From a bacterium (lineage in GTDB: Bacteria; Zhuqueibacterota; Zhuqueibacteria; Residuimicrobiales; Krinioviventaceae): 64,000 nucleotides of DNA. Position numbers and translations under genes: made by a program. The DNA lies in the NCBI GenBank assembly GCA_963674595.2, contig CAXXFV010000027.1:362887-426886 (forward strand). The letters are read 5' to 3'. The notes under the pieces were generated by a model. It searched no databases, was not told the origin of the DNA, and saw only the letters and a list, made by a program, of their open reading frames with translations. The stretch's first letter is position 1; each line of letters opens with the position of its first letter. Shown here piece after piece: positions 9,772 through 20,238 of this stretch.

Positions 9772-12030
9772 CTATTTATCCAAGCCCCATTCTTTATTAG
9801 GTTCGGGGCCCATGGTGAAAACAAGTTTTCCACCGTTGACGATTTCCTCGTGAGAAATAAATGCTTTATTATAAGGTGTTCCGTCAAGTGTTGCCGATTG
9901 GATATAGATATTTTCCGGTGACAGATTTTTTGCTTCTACAACAAACTCTTTGCCGGGATAAAATTTGGTATCGAGTTTCAGCACAACCTGATCAAAAATT
10001 GGTGCTGTTAAAGCATAAGTCGGATTTCCAGGACAAACCTGATAAAGTCCCATGGCACTCATTACATACCATGCCGCCATGCAGCCGTAATCATCATCCA
10101 TTTCCAGTAAATAACCATCAGGGGTGGCTTTGTAAATTCTGTCATGAATCGGTTCGGGAAAGAATTGATGTGTACCATAAAGTTGTGTCATGGGTTCAGT
10201 CAAAATTTTACGCACCCATTTTTGGGTAAACCAGGGCGCACCGGAATAGTTGAACAAAAACGGAGCCTGAAGATCGGGCTGGTTACCGGCGCTATATAAA
10301 TCATTTTCAAAAAAGTAGTTTAAATCGTTCGTAAACTTTTTCGGTCCGCCAACCAATTCAATTAAACCGTCAACATCATTCAAAACAAACCAACGCCAGT
10401 GCCATTTACTGCCTTCGTAATTATATTTTTCACGATTCAGTTTCGGATCAGAAGGAAAATCAAGCCATTTGCCATTTTTTGCTCTTGCTCTGAAAAAACC
10501 AACCTCGTCATTCCAGGTATTTCGGTAAATTTGTGATCTTTTCATGAAATAATCATAATCATCTTTTTTATCCAAACCTTTGGCAACTTGTGCAACACAC
10601 CAGTTATCATAGGAATATTCACAATTTTGGTCCGGTCTTTTTGGAATGAATCCTATTTTATCATATCTTTTCGGCATTTGTGCCATCATTTCCTGTTTCA
10701 TTCCTTTGTACATTGGGGCCATATCAAAATCGACCAAACCTTTTGTATACGAATCGGTCGGTATTGCCAGCATGTGTTCATGACGACAGGTATGAAATGG
10801 TATATATCCATTTTTTCCCTGGGCCACAAATCCGACTCCATGAGGCGGATGGTCCGTATCCGGGAACGGAAGATAATTGTCTACCTGGCTATAAAGGTCC
10901 AAAATAGATTTTGTTATGTCATACATTAACTGCGGCGCGGTAATGGAATAAAGAGGATACTTTGTCCGGAACGAATCCCAAAACGCAAAATTATCATAAT
11001 GAGTATGACCGGTTTCCTGATGGATTTTTTTGTCCAACCCGGGATATCGACCATCAACATCCTGGTTTTTTACCGGTAGAAAATAGGTCCTGAACAAAGC
11101 AGTATAAAAAATGGTTTTATATTCCAGAGAACCTTTAACCATAATATTTTGCAAAAGATCGTTCCACGTAGACTCGGCCTGAACAGCGATTTCATCAAAA
11201 TTCCAGCCCGGCATTTCTGTATTCAGGTTTTTAACAGCACCGTTAATATCAACAGCGGACAGGGCAAGTTTTGCCAAAACCTTATTATCCTTTTGTGCAG
11301 GAAAACTAAACAGGATGCAAGCACGAGGATTATTAACCTTATTGCCATCCATTACCTGGCCGTTTTCCATTAATACTGCTTTTTCAAATGGACGATTAAA
11401 TTGAAGAGCAAAATAAAAAATTCCACGTCTGTTTAACGTGCCGGTAATCATTGAATTTTCATGCAGCTCAACATTAAATCCACCATTGCTTAAATTTCCA
11501 GGATGTAATAAAACATATCCGGTAGAATCATTTGCAAACTCATACCTGTGCATACCGGCCCGTGTTGTTGCCGTTAATTCAACTTTTGTGTGTGTTTCCG
11601 GTGAATAAACAGAATACCAACCTGGTTTTGCCTTTTCGGTATTTTTATCGATAACCGGATAAAATTCCAACAGCTTTTCAGGCACATTACCTGTAAACGG
11701 CAGAAGCGCAACAGCACCGGCACGATCACCAATAGTGGTCCCACCCGAGCTGCCTTTATGAAAATGGCTGAATCCTCTGACCTGATTATCGGCATAGTTA
11801 TAACCGGAATGTGCCCAATCTCCATTTGCCGTTAAACTGCCGGGATAGGTATCGGGACCAAGTTTGACCAAACCACCCGGTAAAAGAGCTGACGGATGCC
11901 AATGTCCATGATCACCCTGTGAACATATAAATGGATCAACATATTGTGTTACATTCACTTTCTTTTGAGCACATTGACTAAAAACAATAACCAGTATAAA
12001 ACTTGATATAAAAAATATTTTTCTCATCAT
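9772..12030 (-). CDS. GH92 family alpha-mannosidase-like glycoside hydrolase
   Basis: 752 aa; YVDPFI, LGPDT, GFSHFH.G, FWDSFRT, YEGS.WHWRW, GNQPD and DDDYGCMAAWYVMSAMGLY motifs. Confidence 0.9.
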   Translation of the reverse strand: MMRKIFFISSFILVIVFSQCAQKKVNVTQYVDPFICSQGDHGHWHPSALLPGGLVKLGPDTYPGSLTANGDWAHSGYNYADNQVRGFSHFHKGSSGGTTIGDRAGAVALLPFTGNVPEKLLEFYPVIDKNTEKAKPGWYSVYSPETHTKVELTATTRAGMHRYEFANDSTGYVLLHPGNLSNGGFNVELHENSMITGTLNRRGIFYFALQFNRPFEKAVLMENGQVMDGNKVNNPRACILFSFPAQKDNKVLAKLALSAVDINGAVKNLNTEMPGWNFDEIAVQAESTWNDLLQNIMVKGSLEYKTIFYTALFRTYFLPVKNQDVDGRYPGLDKKIHQETGHTHYDNFAFWDSFRTKYPLYSITAPQLMYDITKSILDLYSQVDNYLPFPDTDHPPHGVGFVAQGKNGYIPFHTCRHEHMLAIPTDSYTKGLVDFDMAPMYKGMKQEMMAQMPKRYDKIGFIPKRPDQNCEYSYDNWCVAQVAKGLDKKDDYDYFMKRSQIYRNTWNDEVGFFRARAKNGKWLDFPSDPKLNREKYNYEGSKWHWRWFVLNDVDGLIELVGGPKKFTNDLNYFFENDLYSAGNQPDLQAPFLFNYSGAPWFTQKWVRKILTEPMTQLYGTHQFFPEPIHDRIYKATPDGYLLEMDDDYGCMAAWYVMSAMGLYQVCPGNPTYALTAPIFDQVVLKLDTKFYPGKEFVVEAKNLSPENIYIQSATLDGTPYNKAFISHEEIVNGGKLVFTMGPEPNKEWGLDK

Positions 12031-12038
12031 ATCTCCAT

Positions 12039-14558
12039 TTAAATTTGATCTTCAATTAAATTTAATTCCTGTATATCCAAATTATTTTCAAATGGAATGA
12101 ATATCGTTTTAATTTCACACGAACTCATCTTTAGGTTTACAGTACGATTTATATCAATAATTTTTATATATCCTTCAGAGTCCATTCCATATAATTCAAC
12201 ACAACGCAGTACAAACCCATATCGGTCTTCGGCCATTTTTACCACTGAAATGGATATATTTTGTAAATCCGTTTCTATAAAAGATTTTTTCGGTTCAAGA
12301 CGGGCTTTTTGATTGGACGCGTTTTGAATAACCGGCGGCTGTAAAAAAACCTCTGCTTTAACGGGAATTTGAGCCCTGCGCCAATCACCAATATGCGGAA
12401 CAATTTTATATGCAAATTCATGTATTCCCTGTTCCATAAAACGGCAACTATCAGCATCGGTAACTTGCAGCGGATTATGATGAGACCAGGCTGTGCTGTG
12501 CAAAATGGTTATCCGTATATCACCCTGTTTTACACTGTAACCGCATTTACTGTCATTGATAACAGCCACGCCGTACTGTTCCGCACCGGTTTTGGTGCTG
12601 ACATCCACCCAACTTTGACCGGGCTCTTCTTCTCCGGTCATGTTTCTCTCTTTAAATCCATAAGGCACCGAATAGGTGCAAGTTCCATCGGTTATGCCGG
12701 TTGGGAAACTTAATTTTAATACCTTGTATTTTTCATGCCAGTCCACCAGAAAATCACAATGTAATTCTGCTGAATTTTGATATAATGAAAAGACCTGGGT
12801 GATGAATGAATTTCCCCAGAAACTTTTCACTTCCAAACGACATAATTCGGGACCTTGTTCAAGAATCCGGAACTGTGCATTTGAAAAATTTCCAAGTTCC
12901 TGATCATAAGAAATTATCCGGTGTCCCCAGGTATCATCCCAGTCTTCTAAAACAACGGGCAATGAAGCGAGTTCGTTTAGGGCAGATTTATTATTCACTT
13001 TATCAATAAATGAAAGAATAGCACCTGTTTTTTCATCAAATTCAATTTTAACGAAATTATTTTCCAGGGATTTTTCTGTAACAAAAAGTCCATTGTTTTG
13101 TTCAGGTAAATCATTTTTCTGAAAATCCAAACGATATACATGGTAACCGAAACCAGGAATTTTAGCATTAAATAGTATCCGAATACGGGCTTTTCCATTT
13201 TCCTGCTTGGCTGCCGCCGTTGGTAATATTTGATAAGGGACAATATTCCCTTCAGCATCTCTCAGTGTTATAGAGTCCCTATCTATTACACAAGGTGCAT
13301 TTCGAAGAGACATAAATTCTATCCCGGTTTCCTGTGGAAATAAAATTTCAGATTCATACTCGATATAGGTTTCGAGTGAACACGCATGGGGATTAAAAAC
13401 CACAAAAGGCATGGATAAAGGATATTCTTTAGAATAGGTATTAATCTGTGAGATCATCAACCGGTAAGATTTGAACATTGTTTCCTGTGCCACGGTCTGC
13501 ACGAAACCATATTCGTTACCGGCCTGTACATAAGCTTCTTCGATGGACGACCCTGCCAAAATATCATGGAACTGATTGAACAAAACAAACTTCCAGGCCT
13601 TTTTAAAATCTTCAACCGGATATTGGTAAAGCGAACATAATGATGACAAGGAAGCCAATTTTTCTGCCGTTAGTAACTGGTTGGTTGTATGCCTGTCCCA
13701 TTTTTTAACGGCAGCACAAGCGGAATAACATCCGCGAGCATGATGCAACAAGTCATCTTTTAAAACAGGGATATTATCCTTCTGTGCAGTAACAAACTGT
13801 GTATATTCTAATAAAGATTTATGGATTAAATTAGGAAAAGTTGTTTCCCTTAATTTTTCAATCTTTTCAATTGTACGAATTGTCGGACCGCCGCCATGGT
13901 TCCCAACACCGTATAAAACCACAGCTTTATCCATGAGAGGTAATTTTTCCCCGAATACCTGTTCGTAATCATTCAATCGTTCTTCTATATCATTTTCATG
14001 GGCGTTATATGATTTTATAATAGAAATTGCGGGAATTTGTGTCCCGTCAATTCCCTCCCAGTTAAAAACAGGCGCGGGGATGGTACTTTTTTCATGGCTT
14101 TCCGGGCGCATATACATATAACATGTGAAACCTTGTTTAGTTAATATCTGCGGTAATGTCCAGGGGTGACCAAAAGTATCCGGACTGAAAGCGACCGTAA
14201 TAAATTGATCAAAATATTTTTTGAAAAAATGCTGGGCATACAAACCCTGTCTTACCAGGGCTTCTCCGTGCGGACAGTTTACATCTGCTTCCACCCACCA
14301 GCCGCCGACAATTATCCACCGGCCCTCTTTTACGCGCTGTTTAATTTCTGCAAACATGGCAGGGTCTGATTCAGCAACCCATTCATAAAACTGTGCAGAG
14401 CTTGCCAGAAAATAGACTTGAGGAAATTCCGTTAATCTGTCCAGTGCAGAACGAAATGTTGCAAAAACTTCCTGATACCCTTCTGCCTTGTTCCATTGCC
14501 AAACGGGATCCATATGTGCGTGACCAATAGCGAATAACTGTAGATTTTTCTTTGTCAT
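12039..14558 (-). CDS. GH38 alpha-mannosidase
   Basis: 839 aa; IGHAHMDPVWQW, PDTFGH, YGVGNHGGGP and NQFHDILAGS motifs; no signal peptide. Confidence 0.92.
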   Translation of the reverse strand: MTKKNLQLFAIGHAHMDPVWQWNKAEGYQEVFATFRSALDRLTEFPQVYFLASSAQFYEWVAESDPAMFAEIKQRVKEGRWIIVGGWWVEADVNCPHGEALVRQGLYAQHFFKKYFDQFITVAFSPDTFGHPWTLPQILTKQGFTCYMYMRPESHEKSTIPAPVFNWEGIDGTQIPAISIIKSYNAHENDIEERLNDYEQVFGEKLPLMDKAVVLYGVGNHGGGPTIRTIEKIEKLRETTFPNLIHKSLLEYTQFVTAQKDNIPVLKDDLLHHARGCYSACAAVKKWDRHTTNQLLTAEKLASLSSLCSLYQYPVEDFKKAWKFVLFNQFHDILAGSSIEEAYVQAGNEYGFVQTVAQETMFKSYRLMISQINTYSKEYPLSMPFVVFNPHACSLETYIEYESEILFPQETGIEFMSLRNAPCVIDRDSITLRDAEGNIVPYQILPTAAAKQENGKARIRILFNAKIPGFGYHVYRLDFQKNDLPEQNNGLFVTEKSLENNFVKIEFDEKTGAILSFIDKVNNKSALNELASLPVVLEDWDDTWGHRIISYDQELGNFSNAQFRILEQGPELCRLEVKSFWGNSFITQVFSLYQNSAELHCDFLVDWHEKYKVLKLSFPTGITDGTCTYSVPYGFKERNMTGEEEPGQSWVDVSTKTGAEQYGVAVINDSKCGYSVKQGDIRITILHSTAWSHHNPLQVTDADSCRFMEQGIHEFAYKIVPHIGDWRRAQIPVKAEVFLQPPVIQNASNQKARLEPKKSFIETDLQNISISVVKMAEDRYGFVLRCVELYGMDSEGYIKIIDINRTVNLKMSSCEIKTIFIPFENNLDIQELNLIEDQI

Positions 14559-14563
14559 AGGTA

Positions 14564-16546
14564 TTATCTCTCAAATTTTTTAGTTGCGTCCGAAAAAGCT
14601 TTACCTTTTGCAGGGAGATTCCGGTACCAGGTAAAATACATTACAATTAAACAAGTTAAAAATATTGAAAACGTGATAATAAAAGATCGATAAGCATGGA
14701 TAACAAGCTGCATCGGCCAGAGGAACAATGTGATTTGCCAACCTAATGAAAATGGAAGGGTAATTATATCGTTTCTATGCTCCTTTTTCATTGATTTTTG
14801 AATGTCAGCATCTACACGATTTCGAAAAGGTTTCCAAAAACCAAAAGGCCGGGTCGTTTTGTAAAAATTTAAAACCACCTCATCTTTTGACGGTTTTGTT
14901 AAAAAAGTACCGATAATGGTGGCCGCCAGCACAACAAGAGACAAAATCGTAAACTGCTGCCATTCTACAAGATTGGGCCAAAAAGCACGTTGAACAAATG
15001 CGCCTGTAATTCCAACGATGGTTCCGATTGCAAATCCGCCTCCATTAAAACGCCACCAATAAAATTTAAACATGGCGGGTATAGTAAGACCACACCCCAG
15101 ACTCATAATAATCCACCCCCAAATTTCATTGATGGTTTTTATTTTATAAGCCATCACATAACTTAACGTCACCAAAACCAGAATAAATGCATAAGACACA
15201 TAAATCAATTCTCTGTTTGATGATTTGGGTCGAAGATAACGCTGATAAATATCACGGGTGAAAAATGCCGAAGTACGGTTTACATGAGAGTCAAAAGACG
15301 ACATACAAGCGGCAATAAGCGCAACGAGCAACAGGCCCCTTAAACCCATAGGAATATCAAACAAAATAACAGCCGGTAGAATTCTCTCGGGATTGACGGT
15401 CCCTTCAAAGCTCAGCAAACGTAGTTTGTTTTGCCAGTCGTCTGCAAATAAATGTTTCAAACCGTCAATTAACTCTGCCGGATAATTTGCCGGTGTATTC
15501 ATAATTCCGGATAATACATCCGCCCATCGTTCCGGTTGGATATGGGGAATAAAATGTTTAATCATTTCTGCAGCCTGCATCATAACAACCTGATCAGGAA
15601 ATAAATCGTTAACCAGATAGAGCCCAAGCACTGCAAATCCAATCATCATGGGCCAACGCACCATCATTAAAGTGATCCACATAAAAGTCAATATATTACT
15701 TTCACGCTCATTCCGGGCGCCAAAATATTTTGGATCTGCACCTTCGGCAACGCCGCCGACAAAACTACGTAAAAAATAAAAAAACACAAAAAGAACAAGA
15801 TGCTGATATACTTCATAGCCCTTTGGCATTGTTGTATTCCATTGAACAGTGCTGCTCATCCAATGAGAATTTCCTGTTACTTTTTCTGCCAACATGGAAA
15901 GCGTTGGAGCATCTGATATTTTTGTAAAAGCCATTAATGAAATTATAAGGACAGCAGACAGAATTATTAACGACTGGAATATATCCGTAAAAACAACTCC
16001 ATAAAATCCCGACGCCATCGTATAAATCGTTGCAACAACGATAAGAATTAAAGAACACACAAGAGGTGAAAAAGGCAAAAACATGGATATAAACAGCCCC
16101 ACCCCTTTTATAAGATAAGCAAGTGCACCGATGGTGCCGATTATTCCTGCAAAAGCAAAGGCAAGACGGGCAAACTGTCCGCCCCATTCACTGCCGAACC
16201 GATATTCCATCCATTCGGCACCGGTCATACATTTAGACCGGTAATGGTACTTACCTGTCCATGCCAGGATAAATGATAACAATAATACTGCACCGCCACG
16301 AAATTCAATAAACAAACCACGTGGTCCAAGGATGAATAAAAATGAAACAATCAACATCGTACCGGCGATATCAAGATACGAAGCCATACCGGAAATACCC
16401 AATGCCCACCAGGGAAGTGTATTACCACCGAGAAAATAATCCTGTATGCTGCTTGATGCACGTTTTTGAAGATAAAGTCCCAGTCCTATTAATATTGCAA
16501 AGTAGACAAGAATGACTGAATAATCAAAAGAATTTAAAAATTTCAC
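14564..16546 (-). CDS. Sodium:solute symporter family transporter (GTG start)
   Basis: 660 aa, multi-TM; DYFLGGNTLPWW, GVVFTD and LIAACMSS motifs. Confidence 0.9.
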   Translation of the reverse strand: MKFLNSFDYSVILVYFAILIGLGLYLQKRASSSIQDYFLGGNTLPWWALGISGMASYLDIAGTMLIVSFLFILGPRGLFIEFRGGAVLLLSFILAWTGKYHYRSKCMTGAEWMEYRFGSEWGGQFARLAFAFAGIIGTIGALAYLIKGVGLFISMFLPFSPLVCSLILIVVATIYTMASGFYGVVFTDIFQSLIILSAVLIISLMAFTKISDAPTLSMLAEKVTGNSHWMSSTVQWNTTMPKGYEVYQHLVLFVFFYFLRSFVGGVAEGADPKYFGARNERESNILTFMWITLMMVRWPMMIGFAVLGLYLVNDLFPDQVVMMQAAEMIKHFIPHIQPERWADVLSGIMNTPANYPAELIDGLKHLFADDWQNKLRLLSFEGTVNPERILPAVILFDIPMGLRGLLLVALIAACMSSFDSHVNRTSAFFTRDIYQRYLRPKSSNRELIYVSYAFILVLVTLSYVMAYKIKTINEIWGWIIMSLGCGLTIPAMFKFYWWRFNGGGFAIGTIVGITGAFVQRAFWPNLVEWQQFTILSLVVLAATIIGTFLTKPSKDEVVLNFYKTTRPFGFWKPFRNRVDADIQKSMKKEHRNDIITLPFSLGWQITLFLWPMQLVIHAYRSFIITFSIFLTCLIVMYFTWYRNLPAKGKAFSDATKKFER

Positions 16547-16635
16547 GTACGATCCTTTATTTTAGTTAGTTGCATATAAAACCAAATTTCAATTTTAACT
16601 TTCAACCTGTTCTGTTTATATACTTTTATATATTA

Positions 16636-18765
16636 TCATTTAAAAACAAGATGGACAGATTGTTTTACGGGCATCTCGACCCCTTTATAATTTTTATAAT
16701 TGATATTTGTAAATTCATCCATATCGTTATTATCCGGTCCGTAAAAATTCTTACTTGATAATTCCGGCAACATAACGACAATTTTTCCATCCGGCAATGT
16801 TCCTTTAAATTTTATATCTATTAGTAATTTTTCAGATGATTTACAATCGATATTTAAAGAAAGACGTGTTTTTTCAAAAGGTAAAAATAAATTTTGTATT
16901 GAAATCTCATGCCCCATACATTCTTTGGGAATATGAGGAAAAATAATCAATCGTTTTTCAAACCGGTTATATCTAATTCCAAATATATTTTCAATAATAG
17001 CCTGAATATATTGTGAGGCTGTCCAGCCATAACGTGCAACACCCTCACCTGAACCGGTACCTGGCACAACGTATTCGCTAAAATTGTTGTTAAACATTTT
17101 TATCGTCGCCCATGCCAGTTCGGATGCCAAATTATGTTTGCCTGCATCTTCAAGTCCGTTGATAATAAGCATATTTCTCAAAGTCCAAACATCACCGAAC
17201 CACGCCGTACCATCATAAATCCCTGTGGCTTCAACAAACTCTGGTTCTGTTAAAGCGATACTTGTAACCGGATGTATTCCCCAGTTAAAAATTTCAGGAT
17301 TTACCAGTAAAGAAACGAGTTTATCAATTCGTTCTAAAGGTGCAATATTATACCGGAGGGGATCAAATGTTGTACAAATCAATCGGGGCTTTTTCACTTT
17401 ATTATGTGTATCATAATTATAATAGGCATTTGTTTTATCGCACCATAAATATTTATTAATAGCCTGGCAAAGTTGTTCGAACAATTGATTATAAAATTGA
17501 GAATCATCTTCATAGTCAAGATAGCGGGCCAATTTACACGTATTATAACAACCGATGGCAACAGCTACATTCAAATCAATTGGCGCCAATGTTCCGGGGA
17601 TTGCCTTTTTATCACCAAAACTTTTGTCACTAAAACTCTCTTCAAAAACAGCAGTAATCAGACCGGTCCCGGCATCTCTCTTTAATGGAGAAAACCAATA
17701 GCCGAGATATTTTTTCATCATATCAAAAATCAACTCTTGTAGTTGTTTATCATCCGTTCTAACTGCAACATCAAAAGCTGCTTCAAAAAACCGGGGAAGA
17801 CTGCTGACGTTAGCCGGCATCCCCCGAACGGCGGAACCGCCCCACAAGTCAATACGGCCATCAGGATTTTGAGACTGAACACCGGCAAATCCCCGCATCA
17901 TGTTCTCAACAAATTTTTGATTAACCCATTTTGCCCCTGCAATGTTTAAACTGGCATCGAGCTGCCACCAGGATTGCCCGTATCTGCCGCCCGGTGCTAA
18001 AAACGGATAATTAAAACCTTTCATAGGAACATCGGTGACAAGACACTCATCGAGAATTTTAAAAGCATCCTGAAAGTGCTCCTGACTAATACCCGGCAGT
18101 TTTATTTCAGGTACAACCTTGTCACTGCACAAATCAGGACGGGCAGGTGTTTTTGCCGGTTGACCATTAACAATTTTAATCCAGTCAATCCATATATCCC
18201 CCCTCATGCCCATTTGTACCGGTCGGATGCAAATTTGATCGATAATGCCCTGCCATGTACTGTCGATATAACAGACAACCTCCTGCCATTCCGGGCAGTC
18301 CGGCCTCATTGTAAATCGTGCTGAACCGGCATCTTTATCCTGGTTTTCTTTTGTTCGCCAGTAAATATAGCCATCTGTCTCAGGTGATAAATTCCTGATT
18401 TTCATACGGACTTGATTAAATTCAGGCACCGATATATCAAGTCCGGATGGAGATATGATATCGTACCTGGGTTTTACTCCCCAAATCTGGTAGGCCCATG
18501 AAGAAGGATCAAACTTGTTTGTATCCGGCGCAACAGAAATCCAGATGGAACCGCCAATAATCCCGCTTTTATTTCCAGTCGGCAATTGCCAGCCCTGACT
18601 GTCATTCCATTTATTAAAGTCCCAAAACAGGTCGGATGATTCTGTTTTTAATTTAGGCAGATTTTTCCTGACATCTTTATCTTGCCCGGGCGTTTGACCA
18701 TAAACAGAACATATAATTGAAACATTTGTAAAAAGTAAAAATATTATAAATCTAAAAAATAGCAT
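16636..18765 (-). CDS. (alpha/alpha)6-barrel glycoside hydrolase, GH63/MGH1/trehalase-like, with N-terminal CBM-like domain
   Basis: 709 aa; Y...WWQLDA, PIDLN, W.GDVW and YGWTAS motifs; N-terminal WDFN..GW domain. Confidence 0.7.
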   Translation of the reverse strand: MLFFRFIIFLLFTNVSIICSVYGQTPGQDKDVRKNLPKLKTESSDLFWDFNKWNDSQGWQLPTGNKSGIIGGSIWISVAPDTNKFDPSSWAYQIWGVKPRYDIISPSGLDISVPEFNQVRMKIRNLSPETDGYIYWRTKENQDKDAGSARFTMRPDCPEWQEVVCYIDSTWQGIIDQICIRPVQMGMRGDIWIDWIKIVNGQPAKTPARPDLCSDKVVPEIKLPGISQEHFQDAFKILDECLVTDVPMKGFNYPFLAPGGRYGQSWWQLDASLNIAGAKWVNQKFVENMMRGFAGVQSQNPDGRIDLWGGSAVRGMPANVSSLPRFFEAAFDVAVRTDDKQLQELIFDMMKKYLGYWFSPLKRDAGTGLITAVFEESFSDKSFGDKKAIPGTLAPIDLNVAVAIGCYNTCKLARYLDYEDDSQFYNQLFEQLCQAINKYLWCDKTNAYYNYDTHNKVKKPRLICTTFDPLRYNIAPLERIDKLVSLLVNPEIFNWGIHPVTSIALTEPEFVEATGIYDGTAWFGDVWTLRNMLIINGLEDAGKHNLASELAWATIKMFNNNFSEYVVPGTGSGEGVARYGWTASQYIQAIIENIFGIRYNRFEKRLIIFPHIPKECMGHEISIQNLFLPFEKTRLSLNIDCKSSEKLLIDIKFKGTLPDGKIVVMLPELSSKNFYGPDNNDMDEFTNINYKNYKGVEMPVKQSVHLVFK

Positions 18766-18799
18766 TATTAAAATCTTGAGTGGTAATAAATTAAAAATG

Positions 18800-20104
18800 T
18801 TATTCGCTAACGTTGCCTATTATTTGTACATCACCTTTTGTTTTATTTTCAACATGTAAACTTCCGCCTTCAACGCTGTTACCCATTATTACAGCCGAAC
18901 GAACATTTTCATCCAGATAAATATGGGCGTTTGGCGTGTTGCCGTTATCCTGAAACCGGCAATTCATCATTTGAAGGGTACCGTTTTTCATTTCAATAAA
19001 CGGTATTTCAGGTTTCCAATGACACTCTATCCAATTTTTTGCGTTAAAATTACATGCCGTCAGGTAAACAGTACCTTTGCCTTTATTGACAAGATGGGTC
19101 CCGCCAAGTGTTTCAGCCCATCCCCAAAAACCGCAATTGGTTAATTTTATGGGGCCCTGGTTTTCCTCTTCTATCAATATACCATCCATAAACTGACAAT
19201 TTGAAAAGGCAACACCGGCATGATATTGCGTTTTTTCAACCAGAACGGCTAAAGGCCCGACATCTGAACCACTTTGAGTGATTAAAATATTAGCCTGAGG
19301 ATCGTTTCCAACAGGGTCGCCCTGGGTTTCTATAAAACGAAATCCTACCTTGGCCCAGATAACGAAACAGTTGACCATATACTCCCAATCGCAACGACCA
19401 ATTATAAATCCTTCAAGATTTTCAACTGTATATTTGTTAATAATTTCTATTTCTTCTCGCATTTGTTTCGGATAGTGAATGCCCCACCAGTTTACACTGT
19501 GAATGTGAACATTCTCTATTCTGCCGATATCGGTGGTGCGGTCAACATAAATTCCTCTTCGCAGTGCACAAATATTGATATCACGTAAATTATGTGCTCC
19601 CTGATAAACAGAGCCACAGTCAATACCGTTATATGCATTTGCAATTGTAATATCAATAACGTTGCTTCGATAACCCAAAATTTGAATGCAATAAGGGTAA
19701 GGATGAATATCGCGGGGAGTTTGTTCGGGATAAACAATACCCAGACCTTTTAATGTGCTGCTTTCTTCAAGTTGAATAAAGGGTGCAGAATCTTCCTGAT
19801 CACGTCCGGCAAAGGGCATTAATACCGTCCCTTTATCATAATATAAATTACTCGGACCTACGGCCGTTCCCTGTAATGTTACGGTACGGGGAATTTTAAT
19901 AACACCATCGAACCGGAATTTACCGGCAGGCACATGAACAATACCTCCGGTTTCTCCGGCTTTGTTCAGGGCCTCTTGAAAAGCTTTTGTGTTATCTGTA
20001 ATACTATCACCAACCGCACCAAACTCCATTACATCAAAATCAGAAATTCCGGCAAAAACAAATCCGGTACAAAGCAAAAGACACAACAAAATATTTCGAA
20101 GCAC
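18800..20104 (-). CDS. Pectate-lyase-superfamily / GH28-related beta-helix protein
   Basis: 434 aa; DVMEFGAVGDSITDNTKAFQEAL...VHVPAGKF N-terminus; signal peptide; GGAGG RBS before GTG. Confidence 0.8.
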   Translation of the reverse strand: MLRNILLCLLLCTGFVFAGISDFDVMEFGAVGDSITDNTKAFQEALNKAGETGGIVHVPAGKFRFDGVIKIPRTVTLQGTAVGPSNLYYDKGTVLMPFAGRDQEDSAPFIQLEESSTLKGLGIVYPEQTPRDIHPYPYCIQILGYRSNVIDITIANAYNGIDCGSVYQGAHNLRDINICALRRGIYVDRTTDIGRIENVHIHSVNWWGIHYPKQMREEIEIINKYTVENLEGFIIGRCDWEYMVNCFVIWAKVGFRFIETQGDPVGNDPQANILITQSGSDVGPLAVLVEKTQYHAGVAFSNCQFMDGILIEEENQGPIKLTNCGFWGWAETLGGTHLVNKGKGTVYLTACNFNAKNWIECHWKPEIPFIEMKNGTLQMMNCRFQDNGNTPNAHIYLDENVRSAVIMGNSVEGGSLHVENKTKGDVQIIGNVSE

Positions 20105-20146
20105 AAAACCTCCACCATTACAAAAATATCAGCCTGAATTTAAAAG

Positions 20147-20205
20147 GTCATTGTAAAAATATCAATTTTTCATAGCAGAAAAATAATTACAATTTCTACA
20201 ATGAC
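20147..20205 (-). other. Intergenic long-loop stem-loop
   Basis: 14-bp stem 20147-20160 / 20192-20205 whose single mismatch becomes a G-U pair on the minus strand; followed by CUUUU. Confidence 0.55.
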
Positions 20206-20238
20206 TTGCCTTAAAATAATGAATAAATCAAAAATCAA

